A stretch of 63,894 bases of DNA, the filler included, from Dirinaria sp. TL-2023a (Eukaryota): NCBI GenBank assembly GCA_051941275.1. It is 22 parts of 22 records of this genome, joined end to end, with 100 filler letters (N's around TTAATTAATTAA, not from the genome) between each part and the next. Parts side by side here need not be neighbours in the genome. Positions count along the whole stretch, not along the records: positions 23,630 to 26,455 come from JAVEBF010002187.1; positions 26,556 to 29,364 come from JAVEBF010002188.1; positions 29,465 to 32,268 come from JAVEBF010002189.1; positions 32,369 to 35,170 come from JAVEBF010002190.1; positions 35,271 to 38,066 come from JAVEBF010002191.1; positions 38,167 to 40,958 come from JAVEBF010002192.1; 16 more parts are not named here. The stretch is one strand, 5' to 3'. The notes under the pieces were generated by a model that saw only the letters and a program-made list of their open reading frames with translations, did not search any database and was not told where the DNA came from. The stretch's first letter is position 1; every line of letters begins with the position of its first letter. Positions 25,616-39,072 of this stretch are shown here, piece after piece. The translations under genes and the position numbers were made by a program.

Positions 25616-25770
25616 ATACTTACCTTGTTGGAAGGAGGATGCACAAAAAGATCTTCCCTTACGATTCGAGCCCTGCATTGCACATCGCGGAGGCAAGAGT
25701 TGTCGAGTATGCTTCGGCATCCTCGCCGGCGCAATTTTTGATGGTCTTCCACGCCTTATGTGGTCTGCTA
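25616..25770 (+). ncRNA. U1: U1 spliceosomal snRNA
   Basis: 5' ATACTTACCT at 25616; helix H TGTTGG/CCGGCG; stem I 25632-25660 with a 10-nt loop; stem II 25661-25703 with loop ATTGCACATC (U1A site); stem III 25704-25725 with a TTCG tetraloop; Sm site AATTTTTG at 25733-25740; 3' hairpin CCAC/GTGG. Confidence 0.9.
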
Positions 25771-28214
25771 CTTTTCATCATTGTCTTGTCGCCTTGAGCG
25801 GGGACTTGGAGAAGAGAGACGTGCACTGTAAAGTTATCCTAGTAAAGTTGTGTAGGTCAAAACCCCTTTACTGGTGGCAGCCCAAGCTCTGGCCGTGAAT
25901 GCTTCAGTGTCATTGATTGTTTGTCCTGCTCGAAGTTAGCCATCGTCTTACCCATGTATGATGGCACTGTTGCTGGCAGGTTACGGCGTGCTGTTCGTCT
26001 TCGTGCCTATCTGATCAACCATCTATCAGGCCAAAGTAGTGAACCCAAGCGCCGTAACGGTGGTCTCCTTCAAGATAGGCTTTGGGTCCTGTACCTGTAG
26101 CTAGTCCTCAATAAATAGTCAACAAATGCTACAAAAAAATCCCAAGAGCCCTCAGATCTCCAACCAAATCACGCCGTAAAAATTCCTATTCTCTGCCGCA
26201 CTGACAACAACTGAAACCCCCCACGACCACAACCTCGTAATTCAACCAAAAACCCTCCCCTCAGATCGCTCTTCGAATAAAAGCTGCTCTCAGCAACACC
26301 TCTCAACCCCCCGGCCACGATGGCCAAACTCCCCCACCGCAAATCTACCTCAAAAGGCAGCCGCTCACCACTCCTTTCCCCCTGGCCCCCCTCTCTCACC
26401 AACACCTAAAAAAGTAGCTAACCAAAACCTCAGCGGCCCTCACCTCCAGCACCCGNNNNNNNNNNNNNNNNNNNNNNNNNNNNNNNNNNNNNNNNNNNNT
26501 TAATTAATTAANNNNNNNNNNNNNNNNNNNNNNNNNNNNNNNNNNNNNNNNNNNNATGTATTGTTTCCACATCGCAGAATGGGAGAGACGGATGGGTGAG
26601 ACTGCGACGCGAAACGCCAAGCATCCACAGCAATACTCACGGCAGCCCATCGCCGATCTGTTGGGGACAAGGCTGGTTTCTTTCTCATTAGAAAACGCAC
26701 ATAAATTATGCCAACAGCATACGAGCACGGGTGTGCTTTACCGACCACTTCGCTGGATCTTCGGAGCCTGAGTCATTGGCGCGGAAAAGAAGATAAGACC
26801 GGCCATTATTGATGCAGGGGGGTTTTTTTCCTCGAGTCCACCACAGTAGTTGAGGGGGAAGGGGGACCCCGGGTTAGACCATGATGATGGATGCCTTTCG
26901 ACCACGGATTCTCCAGTCCATCAACTGGGGTACCACGTGGCAATAGCCGCTAGTTTCTAGTGGCGATGAGTTTCGTGCTCACGGAAGGTAGAAACCTAAT
27001 CTCAGGTCTTCTGTGGCTTCGCCTCTCTAGGTAAGGTACGCAACAGGCACAGTGAGTGTTACTTGATCCTCAAACTTTTACATACTATTGTATGCCGCCA
27101 TATCAGGACTAGAGCTCAAAACATATCTGCGGGCGCATGGGAAACAGGCGAGACGCATATCCTCCCACCAATATATCCCTCTGACCCAAATTCGCGCCTT
27201 TCCAGGGACCGGACTACCTGCAGAACGCTAGATCCATGCCCGAAGAACGGGAAATACAAGGCTGACACACAAACTCTTGACTTCCGGCTGGAATGGCTCC
27301 TCGGTTGCTTGTCGAAAGACTTTTCACCTATCAAGACAGTACCAACATGTTTAAGCGAAACGCTTGGCGGTGAGTTTCGGAGGCTGGACACCAGATGATT
27401 GATCAACGTAGGAATGGTGTAATGGTGGGGGGCGAAAAGCGGTGATTGGCCTTTCCTCCTGCTGTAATTTCTTCCTGCATCAAAAGTGGTCCGCTGGCGC
27501 GAAGGCGAATGACAAGCAATTCCTAAACAGTCGTCGGGCGCGTGCTCATGTTTGTGTTTGCCGCTGTGAGTCTTGTCGCCGTACGGGCGATGCCTGATGC
27601 TCTACACAAGCTAAGAAACAGAGACCATGGGAGAGCTATGGGCAGAATCCAGGTCCTAGACTAGCCATGCATACCCTTTCCCAACATGTTTTTATCGCAG
27701 GCTGCACCACCTTCTAGCGCCTTCGAGGAGATCCCACTCATTCGATCGAGGTCAGCACGACCAACGTACTCTGAACTTCCGCTTAATCGCCCAGGACAGA
27801 TGATACAACTTTCGTTCGCATGCCTGAAGCAGACCGCCTTCTTCAAACACCAGAGCCATGTCGAGATCCAAGTGGGCCTTCAAGGTTCGCACCGAAGCCG
27901 GGAGTGTGCTTGACGCGACTTACTTAGCTCCAAACCCTACCTTGATCTCGTCAAAATGGCTTTTCGCACAGTGCCGAAAGATTCGGATGAGCATTGCAGA
28001 CTCGGCTGCTCCGCATATCTTTGTCGCTAGCCAAGCTTGTAATGCAGCTTACGCTGAGTGTCTGACCCCGGTTCGCTCCACTGATTGCTCTTCAGACAGT
28101 CTATGTGGGAAATTTGAGATGGATGTGTCTTATTAAAATCCCGCAACGCCTCTTTTATATCTCGCCACAGTCACTTCCTGTACTGTGGGCAAGGGGCTGC
28201 TGCTCAGGTCTGAG

Positions 28215-29243
28215 ATGGCAGAACCGAGGACACCGCGAACTAAAAGCCTGGAACCATACAAGAAACAACTCTACCAGTTGTACTTTACGGATAACTACAC
28301 CATGGTCCAGGTGACAGAGATATTCGCATGGCTGTTCTCCATGCTCTACAAAGCAAACAAAGCGCACATCCAAGCTACGTGAGTAGTCCTACCAATCTAG
28401 TCGTGGCTGCTACTGATAATTGTGGAAAAAAGGGAGCACGACTGGAGAAGCCGTTTACGACAATGGAATAAAGAGTGGAAATGCCGCAAGAAACAGTCTG
28501 TTGGCTTGCTGCCCGCACAGTCCATACCAGGGGACTTGTGGCTAAAAAAAGGACACCATGGTCTAATAATTCTTGACAAGTCTCTGCTTTCTGTGTGGGA
28601 AGAAGCAAGTGCAAGGTATTAGCTCCTTATCATCACGTTCCATCTTTACCTAAGCTGATTTTGTTAGACCGAAATTCATTACTGCTGTTGAATACCTCGA
28701 CGACTCAGGGCAACCCCGTGTGATGTTCTCAAGATCGGAGCTGGCCAAGAATAATGAGGATTCTTCGCTAGAGTACGATACGCCCTAATTATGCAATGCT
28801 GTGCTTCCGCGCTCTAACCGCCGTACAGGATCTCTAAAGCTACATTTTCGGAAAAAGCAGTGCCCGATAGCCTTGAGACTATCTTCCCCTCTCTACCTTA
28901 TTTACCCAGAGAGGGTGCCATCTCACGAACTTCAGAAAAGCCGTTGCTAGACATGTCTGTCTTTACAACCCTGCCTAAGGTAGTACCAGCGCGCACCAAC
29001 CCTATTCCCTCCCACTTCCTTGCCGGTGCTACATTATCTCAAAGCAACACCACGGCCTACTACTCACCGTACTCAGGCCCCATTGCAGACACGATAGACC
29101 CGAAAAAACTCATGATTGACCGGTGCGAGGCCCCAGACGAATCGCGCGCAGATTGCGTGAGCCCACGATCCCGTCCTTTACCGCTACTCTTCCAGAACGC
29201 GCCGAAGATCCGCGGTGCTACAACTCCTTCACCTACGAGCTGA
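28215..29243 (+). CDS. Clr5-like N-terminal domain protein (about 4 exons)
   Basis: LEPYKKQLYQLYFTDNYTMVQVTEIF...QAT/EHDWRSRLRQW matches the Clr5 pattern. GT-AG introns link it to the 28860-29243 ORF. Confidence 0.5.
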
Positions 29244-29779
29244 ATATTCGCAATGATTTCAACAGACTAGCTACCCTTGATGGCTCAGTCCTTCAACCTT
29301 CAGGAGATATGGAGTTCCGGATTTTGATCGGTCGCAGAATTTAGGTGTCTGATACCCTTCCGACNNNNNNNNNNNNNNNNNNNNNNNNNNNNNNNNNNNN
29401 NNNNNNNNTTAATTAATTAANNNNNNNNNNNNNNNNNNNNNNNNNNNNNNNNNNNNNNNNNNNNAAAAAAAAAAAAAAAACCCCGGGGGGGGGATAATGT
29501 GCCCTTTTCGCCCCCACACCACGCTGCAAGCAACGCCGCTCGTCTCCGTGAAGAAAAACCAACGGGAAAAGTTAAAAATTAGGATGCAAGAAGCCGGGGC
29601 ATGGGAGAGAGAAACGAGATTGCTGCAAGGGGTTATCTATCTATTCTCTATCTATCTAAAATTTCTCACATTTCTCAGGTTTTACGTATGGTATGTTATA
29701 GCCTGGGATTTATGCCCGTTTTTATACGTACGTGTGTGTATAAAATCTATCTCCTTTTCAAAGATTAGGGAGAAGAGAT

Positions 29780-31150
29780 AAGGTACTTCTCTGCATCTTC
29801 GCTTGACGACCACGGCCTGTCAATCGAAGTCTCATTCCTGCTCTTTCTTCTTTTCCTGCTCACAATCGCGTACGCAGCCTTGTCCTCCTCGCCAGTCGTC
29901 GTTTCGAGGGAGGATACTCGGTACAAGATATAGTAGGTCAAACTGTTGTAAGAAAAATAAGGTCAGTCATCAAATATAATCCTTTCCTAGCTTAACACAT
30001 ACATACGGGTTGAGGAAAGGGGGGTGCGTACCTTACAAAAACAAGACTCTCGATCCACGACAAACTGCTGAAATTGATGTAACCCCTGGCCATACCTTCG
30101 ATCTGCGGATTAATCCGCCACACCAAACCCGGAAGCTGGGGGCAGCATGCCGGTTGCGAAAGCCACTATCCCGCGCCAGTTGACGCCGTTCGTGTACCAA
30201 TAGAATCCGTGTGGCCGGTACAGATGGGAGATATGGTAGTCGTGGGCGCGCGCCGCACGACGAAGTAATCCGTCAACAAGATGCCCGTGATGGGGCTCAA
30301 GAAAATGGCGTAGCCGTTCGAAAAAGCTCAGAGCTCGATTTTCCAGGGGCAGATGGCGAACGCGAGGGCCGCGCAGAGGTACTGGCCGCGCCTGATATTG
30401 AAGTAGCGCGGGAACAGCGCCATGGTGTCGTTGGCGAAGGGGACGGAGTCGGCGGCCACGTTGTTGCCGATGGCTGCGAACGCGAATAGCAAGCCGGCGA
30501 AGAATTTGGCGGGCCGGTTCGTCCAGAGCTTCACCATTTCTAACGAGTTCCGTGGACGGAGTTGTAGAGGACTTCAGACGATGCCGCTAGCACGATGCCC
30601 AGGAAATATGTGAGCATGGTGCAGATTTTGAGGAACCCGAAGGCTTGGGCGACGCTGAAGAATCGAGAATTGCTCGTATAGCGCGTAATATCTAGCATAT
30701 TAATCGCGAACGTTGAGAAGCACCGACCAAGGCGGATGTGATGGCGTAGCAGAACACGTATCCCACCGACTGCTCGTCCTCGATCTTGGTAGATATGCTC
30801 AACAAAGGGCCGAATCCGTTGGAAGCGATGAGTGCCCCCGTGAACAGGACGATACCTAAAACAGGCATGATGACGATCTTCGCGAGGAATATCCATCGTA
30901 GAGCCGAGACACCGATCCAGAGGAAGGGGCAGAAAAGACCAGCCATAGAATGCCAAAGCTCAGCAGTCCCGGCGCACATCTATGGCGCTGCTTGCGGGGC
31001 GAGGAACCAGCGTGCCAGGGTTGCGAATGAGTTCGATCATACTTTGCACCCCCAAGCAAGGCTTCCGATATAGGTTTGAATCCCGAATCAGCGCATGCAG
31101 ACCGCAAGGTACGAGTCTCAGAGACCCAAAGAGCTTGTCAGACAAACCAG
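29780..31150 (-). pseudogene. NCS1 (Fur4/Dal4-type) nucleobase permease, frameshifted
   Basis: INMLDITRY, GNNVAADSVPFAND...PRYFNIRRG...AICPWKI, GYAIFLSPITGILLTDY and YWYTNGVNWRG are spread over several frames. Confidence 0.8.
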
Positions 31151-32204
31151 CCTTGTTCTCTCATCCCGGTTATTGATGGGGCGCGCCTTACACTCGTGCT
31201 TACACCTGGAAATTGATACAGATATTTAAAAAAAACCCCCCCTATTAGCTATGTTGCGCAGAAAGAAAAACCAAGACTCACATTTCTCTACGGAAGTAAA
31301 AAACCGCCCGAAAAGGGGCAGCCCCGCTTAAAAAAGTGGTTCAAGTCTCTCTCTCTCAACTTCCTTTCAACTCAATATCCCCACTCCTCCACAGCACGCG
31401 GCCGTAGTAATGAAATCGATACTGATGAAACTCAATGTCATGCTCGCCGATAGACTTTCCATTACATCACTACCCCCATAAAACCTTTCCACAATCCAAT
31501 ATCTGATCTCCTTATCTTCTTCCACACCAAATCCATCTCCATCTCTCCATCTCTCCTCCCCTCGAACATCTCAAAAGCCCTTCCACTACGCACCCAAAAA
31601 AATCCTATCCCCAGCGCCGCGCCAATAAACCCAGTCTATACAAATACACATTAATACATAAACCCCCCCCCAAAAAAAAAAAAATCAAGTTTTCAAAGTT
31701 GAGGAGGGACTTGCTGCTCCTGGTAGGTAGAGCACTATTTTTGATTGGGCAGCCCTGTCATTGTGCAGAGGCTCTGGATAGATATATGGAGATTGTTAGT
31801 GGCAGGTTTGGTAGTTTATGTGTAAGATACTCGAGGAGTGTAGGTGGGTGGGTGGGTATGTTGGTGCTGGTTTTTTGACGCGGAAGGGTGGGTTACACGA
31901 GGAAATTTGGATGTGCGAGCAGTTTGGAAGATAGGAAGGGAATCAATAAGATACACTGTGTAAGGTAAGGGAGTTTTGGATATATAGGGTAGGTGGTGAT
32001 TTGGATATCAAGCACACGGGCTTTGGCATAAGGTATCGAGCTCTAATTTCTCCCATTTTTGCTATCCGCGAAAACCACAACTATCCCTACCTTATCTACC
32101 CAGAGGCAATGATCAAAAACCAAAAACAAAAGTAAAAACCTCTACCTGTCCTTATATCCGCAAAAAGAAAAAAAAAAAAAAAAAAACCCCCCCCGCTCAA
32201 CTAC

Positions 32205-32268
32205 AGAGCAGAGCAGAGCAGAGCAGAGCAGACAAGCACCACCTTACCTACCTACATACATACATACA
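32205..32268 (+). repeat. Microsatellites (CAGAG)n and (TACA)n at contig end
   Basis: Directly visible. Confidence 0.85.
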
Positions 32269-32687
32269 NNNNNNNNNNNNNNNNNNNNNNNNNNNNNNNN
32301 NNNNNNNNNNNNTTAATTAATTAANNNNNNNNNNNNNNNNNNNNNNNNNNNNNNNNNNNNNNNNNNNNGGAGAGAATATATGATTTCCGATCTCGTCTGG
32401 GAAGGTTTTGATACTTGGCCTTTTTCCCCCTCTCTATGTTGCGTGATATGCCTGTCTGTCTGCCAGCCACGGATGGAAGTGCTGTTTTTGGGGGCTGTGA
32501 AGAAATTGAAAACGACGACCAAAAAATGTCGTTGATAATCGAGGAAATTTTGCGCTCACGGATAGAAATCTTGTACGAAAGAGGATCTTACTTCGGGTCG
32601 GGTTAGTTGGGGCCTGGAAACCGAAGGGTCGAGATTCAATTATACAAATAGAAGCTGGGTATCTGAAAAATGAAATTATTTATTTGA

Positions 32688-34112
32688 TCAAGACTCCACT
32701 AGGTAAGAGTCCCTAGCGAGGGGCTTTAGCACAGAATCTGGGTATACATGTTTGATTTTTTTCTCTCTCCTCCTCGAACGATGGAAAAACGGAGCGCCAT
32801 CTTCTTCCGACTCCAAGGCATCCGCTGGAGAAGCATTTGGCGCTTCCTCGTTGAGCGGTCTTGCGACCGCGCCGTTATCATCTGCAGGCACCGGCACCGG
32901 CGGTGGGGGTGCTGTCGACGCAGCGTGTCTTTTAGGTTTGACAAGCAGGAGGATGAACATGCCGATCACGAGAAGGAGGAGCAGGAACAGGATCTTTCGC
33001 TTGGTGTACTTGCGCTGGTAATTGGTCGCCTGGATCATTCTCCGTCAGCTTTTTTTTTTTTTTTTTTTTTTGCCTACATCGAGTGGAGAGGGGGCTGCTT
33101 ACTGTGACAAGCTCTTTCTGAGCTCCCTTGACCTCGACGGCCATATTTTCTACGTTATAATCGATCCGGTCAAGCATTGTGCCCTGGTCTATGACCATGG
33201 TCTGCAGGTTTTTGAAAATATCTGCCAGCTCGATGATGCCTTCGGCGATGCCATTGATCTCTCGTTCGCGCTGTTCGATCGCAGCATCGTTACTTCGGAG
33301 GTGCTTCATAGACGTCTGTTGGAGAGTGGATTGTGAAAAGGATTTATCGGCTTCTGATTCCATCATTGATGGATCTGTATATGGGTTCTGGACTGGGGTA
33401 GACATGCGATCTATCGGCGTAGTGAGACCGCCGAGTGTGCGGAGTTCTAAGGCCTCGAAGTTAGCATGTATGTTTGACTAGTGCTGTGGAATGCTGCCCG
33501 ACTTTTCATGTAATTGCTTTGTTTCTTTCGGAACCCAGCACTGGCCTCCTGGACTCGGCCTGCGAGAGATATTTGGATGTTGCGCGCCATTGTTTCATCT
33601 CCTCTGCTGACTCCTCCCTGCCGTTTGGCATCTCGGACCATCATCTCTATTCTCTGGATCGCGTTCTGGCAATGATGAAAGCCGCGGGTGATCTCCTGCG
33701 TCAACCGCTCTATGGCGATTTCCTCCCTCCGTTTTACATCCTCGTCATCAAAGCCTGGTAAAACGTGCTTGGCGTGGAGCTTATCCAGGTCGGCGGACTT
33801 CTGCGCTATCGTCCCAAGCAGCTCGGTGACTTCATCCTGAATATCGATCCACCGCGGCGGTAGCAAATCCATTTCAATGACTGCATCTCCGTCGTCCTCG
33901 AAGGCACCAGCGGACATAAGCCCTCGACGCTCCTCGGATTCCCCTCCCTGACTGGCAAAGCCATTGGCAGCGGGGCCCACGACTCTGCGTTTCTTGGCCG
34001 GGTGATGAGCATAGGACTGGCGGTAGGATATGTATCTGTCACATTGCCGGTATTAGTTGAGCTGGATAGTCTTGCAAGGCGGTACTGACAGATTAGTCCT
34101 GTCCCTCCACAT
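32688..34112 (-). CDS. TLG2: Syntaxin-16/Tlg2 t-SNARE (4 exons)
   Basis: MWRDRTNL/YISYRQS N-peptide, LLPPRWIDIQDEV, FRKKQSNY, SNARE motif REREI...VIDQGTMLDRIDYNVE, C-terminal transmembrane helix. Confidence 0.95.
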
Positions 34113-34589
34113 GACTGTTTATGGCTATGATGAGCCCTAAAGTGGTGGCGCGAAGCCTTGAAGTCTTCTTCTGTGATTATTTGCTCATGTTCTTGGACCA
34201 TATCTACTCCAGAAATGTACGGTTCACCACAGTATGTATGTTTTCCTAACTGGCAGATGGACCTCACTGCGCGGCTTCCATTCCGCACTCAGCTGCGACT
34301 TTCATTCATTTCACTCTTCGCTGGCCTTTTAATTAGCGGCCTTGGCGCGAGGCTTGGCAGTAAATTAGCCTTGGATTCAGCCTTGTCGGGATTCCCACTT
34401 ACTTTAGGTTGCAGTCGTCCTCGAGTGCTTGGGCTATTATAATTCCCCCCCTGCGACAACAAGCCTACAAGCCTACAAACCTACCTCCCCTCACGACTGT
34501 CGATTAAAGGTCTTCAAAGGCATCGGTACAACCTTGATCTCCTCAACAAAGCAACGGATCAAGCATTCATCCCATTCTAGCCTACAAGT

Positions 34590-35168
<579 letters not shown>

Positions 35169-38166
35169 CCNNNNNNNNNNNNNNNNNNNNNNNNNNNNNN
35201 NNNNNNNNNNNNNNTTAATTAATTAANNNNNNNNNNNNNNNNNNNNNNNNNNNNNNNNNNNNNNNNNNNNCTGTTGACACGAGATGCGCTCAGTCTGAAA
35301 CACAGAATTCTATAATTGGAAGTCAGCAATTCGCGGAACCCAACCTTGCGAATAAGGTACCTTGATCAGCAAACCGAACATACATAATAATGCCTTCGTT
35401 CCTTCTCATAATTTCGTTACCCACCCGAACGCAGAGATATTCTCATAGGATTATGTGAGAAAGCTTGCTTTCGAGTGTTTGGCAATCCTTGGCAAAGGCC
35501 TTGGAGCAGCCAGATAAGGTACGGAGTACTGTAAGGTAAGTAAGATTACGTAAGGTACCTTGAATATTCTCGAGCCCCAACCCTACCTACACGCACGTGA
35601 CAGCCAAGGCCAAGTCCTGCTTACCGTAGGGAAAGGTTCCAGGTCGCAAACTGATGATCCAAGATGCGTCGCACTTCATCAACGAAGCGACTATTAGGCT
35701 CTCAATTGACTGCTAATAGCATAGTTCCTTCGAGCTTTGAGAACTGGATCAACCTTGGACGTGGTGATAGAATCCACCTGTTACGACCTGTGGGGGTACT
35801 TTGATGGCTCGTGAACCTAGTACCCGGTAAGCTTCGTATACATTTCAAGAGGCGGTGGTGTCGGCCGGGTTCTCCTACTTGTCAGTGCTTGGCTCTTCTT
35901 GATATCGATTTCACCATAACCATCTTTTCATACTCCAACGGAGGCTTCGAAATCCACCGAGGATCGAGGCCATAAAAACTTGCCTTCCACAACACTCATG
36001 TTCAGCTGCTGAGAAGCGTCTTTTGATACAGCTGTTTCGGGGAGGGTAATGGCGTGTTCTGCGGAGAAGTATTGAGATAGCCGTCGAGCCTAGAGCTATG
36101 AATGTTGGAAGACTACTTATCGTTGCCTGATCTCTCGTCGTTACGTCGAGAAATGGTTTTCTGGCAATTTGTGGTACTTGCGGCATACAAGTTACGTTGA
36201 TGGAGAGATAGATTCAGACAAGTTGAGTGATGACTGGTGCACTTCTTCGATGTCGTTTCGAGCTTTCAAATGCTTCTGTTGGTTTCACTCCGGTCACGGT
36301 TCTGTACATGTTAGTACCCAGCTCCAGAACAGGCTTGAAGAAAGTATTTCCAATGGGAAGCATTTACAGCGGAAAGATCTAATAGAATCGGCGAGATGTT
36401 GGACATCGGAAGCATGCCCATGGCAGGTAATTATTTTCCTGCAGCGACCCAGGCACAGTCATGAAAATTCTTGCTCTCTTGGTAGCAAGGCTGGAGGATG
36501 GATCAGCGCCAAAAAGTAAAGTTGGTTCCATGGATGGCCTACTATTTCCAGAAGGTATCGATTGTGCTCTCAAATAAAGCACAAAGTTGAGTATGGACGT
36601 ACATTTTTTTCGAAGAAAGATATTCAATCGTTCCTGGGGTCACAGTAGCATGAAGATCAAGACCTCTGGATCCTGGTCTCCCCCTATATACAAGAGCACA
36701 AAGCAAAGGTGACCGTGAACGACATAATTGATTGGCAGCGCTTCAGGAGGACCTGCGAGCGAAACGCTTCTGTTGGCTCTTGCCTATTGGTCGAATCGTA
36801 CTGGAACCACGCATGATTGGCTCATCAATCGCTGTGCCGCCTCGCAGCATCGCCGAACGTATTAATGACTGTTTCGAGATTACAGTAAGGTAGGTCTACC
36901 ACTTCCTGACTCGCTGCTGATGAAGATTTACTGCGTCTTGAACTCACGGATGTAATTAAACATTACATTCGCGAAGTGTGGGTCAAGTTTCGCAGTCATT
37001 ATTTCTCCCAGTTACTAGGAATCAATTCTGAATTCATATCAGGGTTTCTACATTCGCCGTACTGCCAGGGAAGCGAGCAAAATCCTTCAGCGCTCCGCCC
37101 CATTCTTGACTCCTACACCTAAAAATGCTGGGGCCGCAAAGGATCCTCAATGGCTAGCTACATCAAGAACAGACCGCAATTTGAGCAGTCTGGATGGTTC
37201 GCTTCGATACTAGTTCACTGATTAGAGTGAGGTAGCTGTCATTGTCAAGCTATGGATATAAGCTTCAGCTAGTAAATGCAACGACCATAAAATACTTTAC
37301 AAAACATCATGGCGAGCACTGACCTCTTTAGTCTTTGACTATATCACAAGGCTGGGAAGATTTGGTACGCACTTTCTACGCATTATCATCATGTCGGTTC
37401 GGCTTGAAGGCCCGTTAGTCAACTTTTTGCCGTTCTCTAGCACAGCATCAACCCAAAGATACATCCGGTTTCTCTTGAGCTTTCTCAGCCATGCTCAGAA
37501 GGCGAACGACCGTCATGTCTGCGTAACAATGGCTTTATAGCCGGAAGGGGCGACACGCCTCGATTTGATACCTACCTTAGGACATCTTCGATTTGTATGA
37601 CCCTGGCGTCTGCTAATTTGAGCTATGCAGGAGGTTAGGCAAGCCGCCACTGCAACAGCTACGCGCTCGTGAGTGGGTTTGTTCACCACACCATTCAGAC
37701 GATGCCAAGCCCTCTCATTGCGGCAACCAACAATTAGCCGCTGTGGCTACATGAGCCCTAAATGGGACTTTAAGTAATGAAAGTCTGACATGATCTCTAG
37801 GTAACCAGTAATTTATTTGCAGTAGTAGTATCATAAGATCTCCAATTGGAACCTAAACATAAAGGCTTCGTTGCTCGAGCCAGCTGTGCGAATTGTAGTA
37901 CTGTAATCTTTGTCATCCATGCACAGTGTCGAGTGTCGACAAGAGATTGGCGAGATTGCGAGTCGGCAAGGATCGAATCCTTCCGCGCTCCGCCCCGTTC
38001 TTGGCCTCCAACGCGCACCCGAGGATCCAGCTGCAGAAGTCAGAAGCGGCAAATTCTATGTCATGANNNNNNNNNNNNNNNNNNNNNNNNNNNNNNNNNN
38101 NNNNNNNNNNTTAATTAATTAANNNNNNNNNNNNNNNNNNNNNNNNNNNNNNNNNNNNNNNNNNNN

Positions 38167-39072
38167 GAAGTAGCAGCTGCAGCTGCAGCAGCTGCAGCTC
38201 CGCCGTCTGCTCCGACATGATGGATAGGGTGATGGTAATGCATGGTTCGGCGACTCATGCGTGGGGGACCCCTCTCCCGAAGATACTCCTCCCCCCTTAG
38301 GTATAGACTTGGTCCATTATCTTGGGTGGTTGCAATCCGAGCTTCTGCTTCATACACCTCACCACGATCCCAAACACCTCTAGATCGGTAGTCATGGCTG
38401 TGGGGCAATTGTTCGGAACGAGATCTCCCACCCACAACGAGACTCGGCGGGCCCGGCTCATGCCGCGCTGTCTCGGTGTAAGGAGGCGGATCATCGCGCG
38501 GAGGCCACCCACGTCGCAAATCTTGCTCAGTCGTATAGACGGGTTGTCGTCCGCCAACCACTAGGCTTGGCGGACCTTGTCCCAGCTGCTCTGCTTCTCT
38601 GTAAGGAGGCGGTCTGTCGACTGTCGGCAACCTACCGCCAACAACCAAGCTCGGCGGGCCTTGTCGTCCATGTTCCCACCTCTCTGCATGCGATGGTGAG
38701 GGTGTCCTGGTCCTTTGATAGCTGGCAGGCTGTCGTCCGCCAAGAACTAAGCTTGGCGGACCGATTTCGCTTAGTCTGTTGGTACTCGATGATTGCATGT
38801 ATTGAAGCGGCCTACTCCGGCCTGACGCCGATTGCTCTATCGCTTGGCGTACTCCTTCGAAGTGATTTGAGATTCGATGCCCTGTAGCAAGGATTTAATG
38901 AACGAGGTTGACGTGGTTAATCCAATTCCTCTGAGTCGAGGTCGCGGACGCAGGACCTGCCAATGGATTATCACGCGGAATCACCTGAAGGATCAGGCAT
39001 ATCCGAAGGTCCAGAGCTGACGCGAGTAATGTCTAGATAGATATCCACTCGGAGCTCGGAACTCGTGGCCAT
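38167..39072 (-). CDS. Hypothetical protein with four GPPSLVxGGR repeats, 3' truncated
   Basis: ORF 38167-38798 extends upstream. A possible first exon MATSSELR... at 39072 is joined by a phase-1 intron. The repeats are also conserved at nucleotide level. Confidence 0.55.

Noticed and set aside
25560..26455. Telomerase RNA near U1
   Set aside because: There is no TAACCCTAA-type template in the contig.
29465..32268. TPP riboswitch associated with the NCS1 permease
   Set aside because: The conserved aptamer segments were not found on the coding strand.
35271..38066. Possible degenerate gene in contig 13
   Set aside because: Only short, stop-interrupted frames with no motif I can recognise.
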